Source: a candidate division FCPU426 bacterium
GTDB lineage: Bacteria; Oederibacteriota; JAAXVQ01; JAUVAV01
DNA: 10,885 bases
Direction of reading: 5' to 3'
Assembly (NCBI GenBank): GCA_030637655.1
Contig: DAOWGI010000052.1
Span: forward strand, 1 to 10,885
Made by a program: the position numbers and the translations under genes. Shown one piece after another: positions 1-7,382 of the stretch (positions within the stretch are counted from its first letter, which is position 1; every line of letters begins with the position of its first letter). The notes below the pieces were generated by a model, which worked only from the letters and a program-made list of their open reading frames with translations, searched no databases and had not been told where the DNA came from.

Positions 1-240
1 GACGCATACGCCAACGTATACTGGGACACCGACGCATACGCCGACGTATACTGGGACACCGACGCATACGCCGACGTATACTGGGACACCGACGCATACG
101 CCAACGTATACTGCCACACCGACGCATACGCCGACGTATACTGCGACACCGACGCATACGCCGACGTATACTGCAACTCAGACCCATACCCTGACGTATA
201 CTGGGACACCGACGCATACGCCGACGTATACTGCGACTCC
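1..240 (+). repeat. Tandem 30-bp coding repeat, 8 copies visible (consensus GACGCATACGCCGACGTATACTGGGACACC; peptide THTPTYT(G/A)TP)
   Basis: Units begin at 1, 31, 61, 91, 121, 151, 181 and 211, are contiguous and differ only by a few substitutions. The array probably continues upstream of the window. Confidence 0.97.
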
Positions 241-2185
241 GACTTTAACCAATACTCCGACTGCTACTGTAACACCAACCATTACTCCGGCAGCAAAAGG
301 GTATATTGATCCGACTGTGGCTATGATCAATGTCACGCAAAATTATGAGTATATGGTCGTTGCCAATTCAGATGGTGAGATCAACCGTCTACTGATTACC
401 ATTCCGAGCGGCTGGGCAGTTCCGTTGACGCCGTCTTCCAATATTCAAGGCGGGTTGGTCTCCTTTGTTGGGAACCAGATTGAAGTGACCTATACCACAC
501 CATGGTCAGCCGGATCCTTTGACAGCATTACTTTGACTGCCACCGCACCTGGAGTGGGAGGTACTTATTACTGGGATTCCTATTTGAATGATGGAACTTA
601 TCAGATCGTCACGCCTGCTACAAAGCAGCAGTATGTCACAATTATTACACCCACAGCTACAGCCACCTCAACCTTAACCAATACTCCGACCTTCACCTCT
701 ACGGCTACCTCGACTTTGACTCCAACCGCTACGGTGACGCCGACACCGATGTTTACCGCGACGATTACCCGGACATCAACAGCATCATCGACTTCGACGA
801 TCACTTTGACAGTTACACCGACAGAAACAGTTACTTATACATCCACAGCCACACCGACCATTACATCAACTGTGACCCCGTCGATTACCTTTACCTCAAC
901 AGAGACCTGTACGATTACGGTGACAGCAACACTGACCCCTACTATCACTATGACCACAACCATAACGTTAACCTGTACGGTAACTCCGACAATTACACCC
1001 ACACCGGTATATCAGCTGGTATTGATTGTTCCGAACGAATACTTCACTCCGGGCACATTACCCGGGTATGCGGGTAGTATCAACGCTGTTACTGCGGGTT
1101 ATGGAGTTGATATCACGATCCGATTGCTTGATATGCTGACCTATCAGATTGTACCTTTTAACGGTGAATTGGGCTTGTCGACCTCAGCCGCCGCGGAGCA
1201 GGTACGGGATTTGCCGGCGCAAGTCACCATGACCAATGGACAGGCGACCATTACTCCGCGTTTCATGGAACCCGGTCAGACCTATACGGTGACAGCCACG
1301 GATTTAACGTATGGCTATGTTATAGCCGGCACCACCCGTCCGATTCCGTGCGATCCGGGAACATATTCGGCTTTTTCTTATGTAGTGGTACGTCATAATT
1401 CGCTTGCGCCCACAACCGCCATTCGAGGAGAACAGGATCTGAATATGGTTTCCTTCCAATTTACGAATCCTAATTCACCTGGTTCAGCTGTGTATAATTT
1501 GCGGGGTATAAACATAACCAGCCAGAGCTTTAGTGGGACCAATCTGCCGATGAATGAGATGTTCTCTGAGTTGGTGGTTACAGAGAGTGGTTCCGGAGAT
1601 GTTATGGCAACTCTGACGAATTTCCCGGCAGACGGAAATATATATCTTGATTTCTCCAGCCAGTCCATACTGATTTATCCTGGTGAGACGATCGAACTTA
1701 GGATTCAAATTGACTTACTTATTAACTCGCCGCATGATAGTGTGCGGATTGGTATCCTGGCGGGTGATGATATTGAATGCAATTTTATGGATGGCACACC
1801 CATGCTGGTGCGCACTACCTTTGACGATACCTTCCCCATGTTCTCAGATGATATTGTCATTAGTTCCCGGGATATGAATGATTCCTATCGGAATTATCCG
1901 AATCCGTTTGCCGCCGGCAGGGGTTATACTAATGTTGAGTACTTCCTGGAAAATGATGCTCAAGTAAGTTTGAAGATTTATAATGTAATTGGACAGCTTG
2001 TGTCCGTGATCGTGGATCAGGAGATTCAGGCCGGTGGAACAAACTTGTATCGTTACCAATGGAATGGCCGCAATGACAAAGGCCAAATTGTATTGAATGG
2101 TATTTATTTTGCGGTCTTGACCGTAAAGACGGTGGCCGTCGGGGAAACCAGGCAATTGGTGATTAAAATAGCGGTGATAAAGTAG
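2..2185 (+). CDS. 5'-truncated large secreted/surface protein with Thr/Pro-rich repeats, beta-rich (Ig-like) domains and a C-terminal FlgD-Ig / T9SS type A CTD-like sorting domain
   Basis: The frame of ORF 317..2185 is open back to base 2 ([10 protein letters not shown] x8 ... [29 protein letters not shown]), so the real start lies upstream of the window (727 aa visible). The C-terminus (about 1886-2182) reads YRNYPNPF...[13 protein letters not shown]...[22 protein letters not shown]...KIAVIK, the typical FlgD-Ig/Por-secretion-tail pattern. Confidence 0.85.
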   Translation, partial: THTPTYTGTPTHTPTYTGTPTHTPTYTGTPTHTPTYTATPTHTPTYTATPTHTPTYTATQTHTLTYTGTPTHTPTYTATPTLTNTPTATVTPTITPAAKGYIDPTVAMINVTQNYEYMVVANSDGEINRLLITIPSGWAVPLTPSSNIQGGLVSFVGNQIEVTYTTPWSAGSFDSITLTATAPGVGGTYYWDSYLNDGTYQIVTPATKQQYVTIITPTATATSTLTNTPTFTSTATSTLTPTATVTPTPMFTATITRTSTASSTSTITLTVTPTETVTYTSTATPTITSTVTPSITFTSTETCTITVTATLTPTITMTTTITLTCTVTPTITPTPVYQLVLIVPNEYFTPGTLPGYAGSINAVTAGYGVDITIRLLDMLTYQIVPFNGELGLSTSAAAEQVRDLPAQVTMTNGQATITPRFMEPGQTYTVTATDLTYGYVIAGTTRPIPCDPGTYSAFSYVVVRHNSLAPTTAIRGEQDLNMVSFQFTNPNSPGSAVYNLRGINITSQSFSGTNLPMNEMFSELVVTESGSGDVMATLTNFPADGNIYLDFSSQSILIYPGETIELRIQIDLLINSPHDSVRIGILAGDDIECNFMDGTPMLVRTTFDDTFPMFSDDIVISSRDMNDSYRNYPNPFAAGRGYTNVEYFLENDAQVSLKIYNVIGQLVSVIVDQEIQAGGTNLYRYQWNGRNDKGQIVLNGIYFAVLTVKTVAVGETRQLVIKIAVIK
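647..1006 (+). repeat. Degenerate Thr-X alternating low-complexity coding tract (about 120 aa)
   Basis: [27 protein letters not shown]...[16 protein letters not shown]: Thr/Ser at nearly every second residue, with diverged codons. Confidence 0.9.
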
Positions 2186-2209
2186 GGGCGACCGGCTGGT
2201 CGCCCCTAC
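2182..2209. repeat. GTAG-type REP palindrome GTAGGGGCGACC-GGCT-GGTCGCCCCTAC overlapping the stop codon of the first CDS
   Basis: Perfect 12-bp inverted arms with a 4-nt loop. The TAG stop (2183-2185) is part of the GTAG tetranucleotide. Confidence 0.85.
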
Positions 2210-2227
2210 AACTTCGAGGTTTTTTCA

Positions 2228-3859
2228 ATGAAACAGGTACTTGTGGGAACATTATTATTGGGCTTGCTCATCAGTCCGGTGCAGATCTGCCAGGCAGTGG
2301 TAGGTGATGCGGGTACTAATAGTCCTTTTGAGTTGGGCGCCGGTTCCCGTGCTTTGTCCATGGCCGGCGCTTTTACTGCTGTGGCAGATGACGCGACCTC
2401 AATATTTTGGAATCCAGGCGGTCTGGCTCAATTGGATCAGATTGAAGTAGCTGCCATGCATATTGATCTCTTTTTTGATACTCCCTATGATTTTTTTGGT
2501 ATGTCCTATCCGATTTTGGATTGGGGAACTTTTTCTTTAGGTGTAGTACGTATTGCCACAGAAGGCGTGGTTTTACGGGATGAGCGTTCCCGTATTATTG
2601 GAAGCGGTGAAGGAAGTTTAGATCTACGTGAGTATCTCATCGGATACAGCCGTGAAGTGATTGGAAATATCCGGGCCGGCGTTGTTTTTAAAATTGATCA
2701 GCAGCGCTTACTGGGTGATTTTGATACCGGGGTGGGCATGGACCTGGGATTCCATTATAACTTTCCGGAAGATCTCATGGGAGTCAGCGGTTTTGATTGG
2801 GAAAGTTTAAGTCTGGGTTTAACCTTTCAGAATCTAGTAGGCTCGCAGTTACGCTTGGGAGAGGTTATGGATGTACTTCCTCTTTTTATAAAAGCCGGTA
2901 TTGCCTACAAATATCAGTCCCGGGATTCACTAGCACAACACATTTTAATAAGTATAGCTTGGAAAAAATCAACCTGGCGGACATCCCGGTTTTCTGCCGG
3001 GCTTGAGTATGCACTTTTAGATATGATTTTTGTACGCGGAGGCATTCATTCCGCTGCCTGGACCATGGGCGGAGGAGTGAAATATATCGGTGTTGCCCTG
3101 GATTATGCCTTGGTTAGTGAAGCATTGGGCATGACACACCGGTTTACGCTTTCTTACCGTTTTGGTACCCCTATTTCCGAGCAGCGAGCCTACCGGGAAC
3201 GCCGGCGTCAAGAAGAAATTGATCGGGAAGCTAAAGCCCGGGCCGAAGAAGCTGTGGAGCAGACCCGGGAGGAAATGGGAAAGGCTTTGCGCTTGGCTAA
3301 ACGCCGTCATAATCGGGAAAAAAATGCGCTGCGCGCTAAGCAGAAGCGTCTTTTGAAGGCTGAACGGCAGCGTCAACTGAAACAGAGAAAAGCTGCAGTG
3401 GCGGATGAATACTTTAAGGCCTACCATTATTTTCAAGGCATTAAAGATTATATGGCCAAAAATTACAAACAAGCCTTAATGGAATTTGAGACCGTTGCCA
3501 AATACGATCCCAATTATCTTGAATTGTCCTTGTATCTGCAGCGTACCAAGCAGAGAAGTAAAGGGAAAGTTGAATTCATGAGCCCAAAGAGTAGTGAGTT
3601 GTATTACCAGGGTATTGATTATTATGTGTCCGACCGGTTTGAGGATGCCATACGGGTCTGGGATAAAATGCTCGGATCTGAGCCTGACAATATTTTGGTG
3701 CTCCGCAATATTGATGAAGCCAAAGAGCGCATAGCCAAATTGAAAGCCATGAAAAATTTGGCGGCCAAAGAAGAAAAACAGAAAACGAAAAACCGGGATA
3801 GCCCGGCGGAAAAAGAGGAAAAGCAGCCGGAACCGTCGTCTGTGCCACAGCCGGAGTAA
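2228..3859 (+). CDS. PorV/PorQ (UPF0164, FadL-like) outer-membrane beta-barrel protein with C-terminal coiled coil and TPR repeats
   Basis: GAGGT RBS at 2216-2220. Sec-type signal peptide MKQVLVGTLLLGLLISPVQICQA. Family motif GAGSRALSMAGAFTAVADDATSIFWNPGGLAQL. Amphipathic strands end at HRFTLSYRFG, followed by a charged coiled coil and TPR-like helices (YFQGIKDYMAKNYKQALMEFETVAKYDPNY; YYQGIDYYVSDRFEDAIRVWDKMLGSEPDN). Confidence 0.85.
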   Translation: MKQVLVGTLLLGLLISPVQICQAVVGDAGTNSPFELGAGSRALSMAGAFTAVADDATSIFWNPGGLAQLDQIEVAAMHIDLFFDTPYDFFGMSYPILDWGTFSLGVVRIATEGVVLRDERSRIIGSGEGSLDLREYLIGYSREVIGNIRAGVVFKIDQQRLLGDFDTGVGMDLGFHYNFPEDLMGVSGFDWESLSLGLTFQNLVGSQLRLGEVMDVLPLFIKAGIAYKYQSRDSLAQHILISIAWKKSTWRTSRFSAGLEYALLDMIFVRGGIHSAAWTMGGGVKYIGVALDYALVSEALGMTHRFTLSYRFGTPISEQRAYRERRRQEEIDREAKARAEEAVEQTREEMGKALRLAKRRHNREKNALRAKQKRLLKAERQRQLKQRKAAVADEYFKAYHYFQGIKDYMAKNYKQALMEFETVAKYDPNYLELSLYLQRTKQRSKGKVEFMSPKSSELYYQGIDYYVSDRFEDAIRVWDKMLGSEPDNILVLRNIDEAKERIAKLKAMKNLAAKEEKQKTKNRDSPAEKEEKQPEPSSVPQPE

Positions 3860-3886
3860 TTTAGTTTCGAATTTAATTTTTTTTAG

Positions 3887-4016
3887 TTCCGGCTGGTCCG
3901 GCTAAAGAACGCAAAATTTTTTTGACAGGATAACAGGATTGATAGGATTTATTTAAAATCCCGTAGATCCTGTTAATCTTGTCAAACATTTTTGATTCCG
4001 GCTGGTCCGGGTTAGG
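3887..4016. repeat. Composite intergenic element: long imperfect hairpin (3921-3986) flanked by a 15-bp direct repeat TTCCGGCTGGTCCGG (3887-3901 and 3996-4010)
   Basis: Left arm TTTGACAGGATAACAGGATTGATAGGATTT (3921-3950) pairs imperfectly with AAATCCCGTAGATCCTGTTAATCTTGTCAAA (3956-3986). The arms are built of roughly 9-bp ACAGGAT units. Confidence 0.8.
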
Positions 4017-4047
4017 TGTGAAGTCAAATGGTGAAAGGATACGAACC

Positions 4048-6477
4048 TTGCCGAAATTGTTCGCTAAATTTTTTAGAAAACCAGTAGTGCAGAAGTATGA
4101 AATAGAGGTGCCTGCTGTTGAACGTCACTTGGGTGATATTCGCGATTTCATCACCCAAGCCTCCACAGAAGCCGGTTTTTCTCAGCATGAAATCAACAAT
4201 ATTAAACTGGCTGTTGATGAAGCGTGTTCCAATGTAGTGCGTCATGCCTACAAAGGTATGGAATCCGGGAAAATCCGCTTGGAAGTCTTGCGTCGTGACG
4301 GTGAAGTTGAGATTGTTATCCAGGACCAGGGTAAAAGCTTTGAGTGGAAAAAATCCAGAACCCCTAATTTGAATCGGTATGTGGAAATCGGAAAACGTGG
4401 TGGCTTGGGTATCTGGTTTATCCGCAAGTTGATGGATGAAGCTGAGTATAAATCCAATCGCCAAGTAAATTCTTTGCGTTTGGTGAAGAGAGTAAAGGAG
4501 TTTGGCCCGCAAACCACAGCTGCTCCGGCGTTGCCGGAAACCACTTTGCCGGCTACGGCGCACAAAATTCCGCGGCCACGTGGGATCAGCAAGGTCAGTG
4601 TAAAATATTTATTCCCGGTCACCACCTCGGTTGCGATTTTGGTTCTGATTATTTTTGCGTATATGTTTTCCACCCAAGCCAGTACCATGCGCGAAAAAAT
4701 TATGTCTAATGCGGAAGATACGGTTAGAGGTATGGCCCGGGACTCGGAAAATTATTTGTTAAAGCAAAACGATCTCCACCTGGCCGGTTTGGTCAACACC
4801 TTGGTGCGGACCAATACCCGAATTGCCTATGCGTATATTTTGGACAACGAGAAAATGGTGTGGGCCCATTCCATTACCAAAAAGTTGTTCAAACCCTTGC
4901 CGACGATGCCGGATTTTCGTCTGCCGGAAAAGGATGAGGTTCTGATCCAGAGTATACAGGATGATCAAGACAACATTGTGTATGATATCAGTACCGGGGT
5001 TTTCCTGGGAAACATTCGTTTGGGAACAGCGCATCTGGGTATTTGTGAGATGGCAATTATGGGTGATATAAAAACCGGTCGCCAAAATGCTGTTCTGATA
5101 TTTATCATTATTTTGGCCGTGAGTACTACTGCGGCGTATTTGTTTATGATCTTCTTAATTGCTCCGATTCGCACGCTAACTGAAGGTATGCTGGCCGTGA
5201 GTGAAGGGCGCCTGGATCATCGTATTATTATTAACAGCAACGATGAGTTTGGGCAGATTGCCGGTGTGTTTAATGAAATGACCCAACGGTTTAGTGAGGC
5301 CCAGAAAAACCTGTTGGAACAGGAACGTATTCAACAGGAAATGCAGGTGGCCCAGGAAATTCAGCATACGCTGTTGCCGAGGGAATTGCCGAAGATTGAA
5401 GGGTATGATGTGGCCAGCATGTACCGTAGCGCTAAAGAGGTTGGCGGCGATTATTTTGATTTTGTCTGGGTGGATGACAATATTCTGGGTGTGGCGGTAG
5501 CCGACGTTTCGGGTAAAGGTATTCCCGGATCTTTGGTTATGACCATGATCCGTACTGCCTTGCGTTTGGAAGCACGGGGGAATCACAGCGCTACGGATGT
5601 GATGAGCAAAGTTAATTCCTTTGTTACGCGGGACATGAAAAAAGGCATGTTTGTTACCATGTTCTACATTATATTGGATTCGCGGCGCCGTATTATTAAT
5701 TATTCCAGTGCCGGGCATAATCCGATGATTCTGTACCGCGAAGAGAACAAGGAGGTCTACTTTTTAAAGCCGCGTGGTTTTCCCTTAGGGATAGATCTTC
5801 CCAATCCGGAATTGTTTGTTAAATCCATGACCCAGGAAAGCGTAAAATTGAAAAAGGGGGATCTGCTGCTTCTGTACACAGACGGTATCACAGAAGCCAT
5901 GAATTCGCGGCGTGAACAATATGGGGAGCAACGGGTAATAGACATTATTAAGCAGTATCATCAGCTTTCGGCAGATGAGTTTGTAGCCAAACTGACGGAA
6001 GATATTGCCGTTTTTACTGAAGATTATCCGCAAAATGACGATATTACCTTTGTAGCTATTAAAGAGAAGATGATGGCAGATGAGGTCCAGTTTAATTTGC
6101 GGCGTAAATTATTCTATCTGGTGGAAGAACGGGGAGTCTCGGTGCGGGAAGCCTGCCGGTATTTGAATGTTTCCACCACTACGTACTATCGACTCAAACA
6201 AATACGCGATACGAAGGGTGTTGCGGCTTTGCGTACAACCACGCAGAGAAAAGATGCGCAAATGCAGCAATTGTCTTTGAGTGAACGCCAAAAGATATTG
6301 CAGGTGATCATGGAGCAACCGGAGTATGGAGCCAAACGTATTTCGGAAATTTTGGCCGCTTCAGCGGGTGGGGAGATGAAGATTCCGCCCAAATTAGTAT
6401 ACCAGGAATTGAAGCGGTTGCGTTTGTCCACCAAGGAAGAAAGATATGAATATGTCGCTAAGAAGAAAGTTGACTAG
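4048..6477 (+). CDS. Membrane-bound bifunctional partner-switching regulator: RsbW-like Ser kinase (HATPase_c_2) - TM - extracytoplasmic sensor - TM - HAMP - SpoIIE/PP2C phosphatase - C-terminal bipartite HTH
   Basis: Kinase boxes: LAVDEACSNVVRHAY, IQDQGKSF, GGLGIWFIRKLMD. TM segments at about 4606-4668 and 5089-5160. HAMP: PIRTLTEGMLAVSEGRLDHRIIINSNDEFGQIAGVFNEM. PP2C motifs: EVGGDYFD, VADVSGKG, SAGHNP, LYTDGITEA, DDITFV. HTH: VSVREACRYLNVSTTTYYRL. Start moved from 3979 (inside the repeat) to TTG 4048, which has AAAGGA at 4034-4039; 809 aa. Confidence 0.9.
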   Translation: MPKLFAKFFRKPVVQKYEIEVPAVERHLGDIRDFITQASTEAGFSQHEINNIKLAVDEACSNVVRHAYKGMESGKIRLEVLRRDGEVEIVIQDQGKSFEWKKSRTPNLNRYVEIGKRGGLGIWFIRKLMDEAEYKSNRQVNSLRLVKRVKEFGPQTTAAPALPETTLPATAHKIPRPRGISKVSVKYLFPVTTSVAILVLIIFAYMFSTQASTMREKIMSNAEDTVRGMARDSENYLLKQNDLHLAGLVNTLVRTNTRIAYAYILDNEKMVWAHSITKKLFKPLPTMPDFRLPEKDEVLIQSIQDDQDNIVYDISTGVFLGNIRLGTAHLGICEMAIMGDIKTGRQNAVLIFIIILAVSTTAAYLFMIFLIAPIRTLTEGMLAVSEGRLDHRIIINSNDEFGQIAGVFNEMTQRFSEAQKNLLEQERIQQEMQVAQEIQHTLLPRELPKIEGYDVASMYRSAKEVGGDYFDFVWVDDNILGVAVADVSGKGIPGSLVMTMIRTALRLEARGNHSATDVMSKVNSFVTRDMKKGMFVTMFYIILDSRRRIINYSSAGHNPMILYREENKEVYFLKPRGFPLGIDLPNPELFVKSMTQESVKLKKGDLLLLYTDGITEAMNSRREQYGEQRVIDIIKQYHQLSADEFVAKLTEDIAVFTEDYPQNDDITFVAIKEKMMADEVQFNLRRKLFYLVEERGVSVREACRYLNVSTTTYYRLKQIRDTKGVAALRTTTQRKDAQMQQLSLSERQKILQVIMEQPEYGAKRISEILAASAGGEMKIPPKLVYQELKRLRLSTKEERYEYVAKKKVD

Positions 6478-6499
6478 CTGACTTTATCTATGCTACCAT
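6470..6499 (+). promoter_or_regulatory. Putative internal sigma70-type promoter for the STAS gene
   Basis: TTGACT (6470-6475), an 18-nt spacer ending in TGC (extended -10), then TACCAT (6494-6499), just upstream of RBS AAGGAG (6510-6515). Motif match only. Confidence 0.45.
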
Positions 6500-6524
6500 C
6501 GGGACGGTAAAGGAGCTTGAACTT

Positions 6525-7367
6525 ATGGATGGGATTCAGATTTCAGTTGAAGCAGCAGGTGCAAACAACGATATTCAAGTAGTTGAAATCAAGGGGTATA
6601 TTGATACTACGACTTCCAGTGAGTTGGAACGCGTGATTCAAGGGTTGCTCCGCGAGCAGCACTACAAAATCATCGTAAATCTGCTGGAGGTAGACTATAT
6701 CAGCTCCGCCGGGTGGGGTATTTTCATCTCCGAGATTAAAAATATCCGGACTAATCGCGGAGATTTGAAATTGGCCGGTATGTCCGAAACGGTGAATGAG
6801 GTATATGAATTATTGGAATTTTCCACGATTTTGACTTCAGCCAACACAGTCAATGATGCGGTTCGCCTTTTTGGGGATGGCAGCGAAGCAGCTGCCAAGG
6901 CTGCCAAATCAGCACCAACTCCAACACATCCCACACCTCATCCTAAGCCGGAAACTGTTAAGCGTCTTGAGCCACAGTCTGTGAGTCCGGCTCAAAGTGC
7001 GGCTCCTCAAGCACCAATAATTGCAACTGGAACTTCGGCGGTTTCTGACAAGTCTTCGGTCTCACAATTGGCCGCGAGTATGAATGCTGCCTCAATGTCA
7101 AAAACACCGGCTCCTCCAACGCCGGCGCCGGTCAATGATACTGCAGTCAACGCTGCGTCGGGAGGAATACTGCCATTGATTGACCGTATACAGGCGCTGG
7201 TGAAAGCACATCCGGATTGGGGTGCCTGGAAATTAAAAAGTGAATTGAACCAGCGGCGTGGAACACAACCTAAAGTCAGTTGGGGTGAGGTGCGCGCTGA
7301 ATTAAAATATAATGATTTGGGTTCGAAAAAAGATCGGTTTAAATTTGCCCGTAGCCGGCAAGTGTAA
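6525..7367 (+). CDS. STAS-domain anti-sigma-factor antagonist (RsbV/SpoIIAA-like) with Pro/Ala/Ser linker and C-terminal HTH-like domain
   Basis: KGYIDTTTSSELERVI, KIIVNLLEVDYISSAGWGIF (phosphoacceptor SSAG motif, 6693-6713), GDLKLAGMSETVNEVYELLEF. A low-complexity linker of about 100 aa precedes IQALVKAHPDWGAWKLKSELN...VSWGEVRAELKYNDL. RBS AAGGAG. Confidence 0.9.
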   Translation: MDGIQISVEAAGANNDIQVVEIKGYIDTTTSSELERVIQGLLREQHYKIIVNLLEVDYISSAGWGIFISEIKNIRTNRGDLKLAGMSETVNEVYELLEFSTILTSANTVNDAVRLFGDGSEAAAKAAKSAPTPTHPTPHPKPETVKRLEPQSVSPAQSAAPQAPIIATGTSAVSDKSSVSQLAASMNAASMSKTPAPPTPAPVNDTAVNAASGGILPLIDRIQALVKAHPDWGAWKLKSELNQRRGTQPKVSWGEVRAELKYNDLGSKKDRFKFARSRQV

Positions 7368-7382
7368 AAAGGGGGGCTTCCC

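Noticed and set aside
1-240. CRISPR array suggested by 30-bp repeats
   Set aside because: The units are contiguous with no unique spacers, the period is a multiple of 3 within an open frame, and no cas genes are present.
317-319. GTG at 317 as the start of the first CDS
   Set aside because: The frame is open to the window start, and there is no RBS or signal peptide at 317.
3921-3950. TTGACA at 3922-3927 as promoter of the switch operon
   Set aside because: It is part of the repeat's hairpin arm and the candidate -10 is poor; an element-borne promoter cannot be excluded but is unsupported.
3979-4047. Track start at 3979 for the kinase-phosphatase
   Set aside because: It lies inside the hairpin/direct-repeat element; TTG 4048 has a well-spaced AAAGGA RBS.
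6090-6477. Intact IS481/IS3 insertion sequence at the end of the phosphatase gene
   Set aside because: No DDE/integrase domain, terminal inverted repeats or target duplication are visible; only an in-frame HTH region is present.
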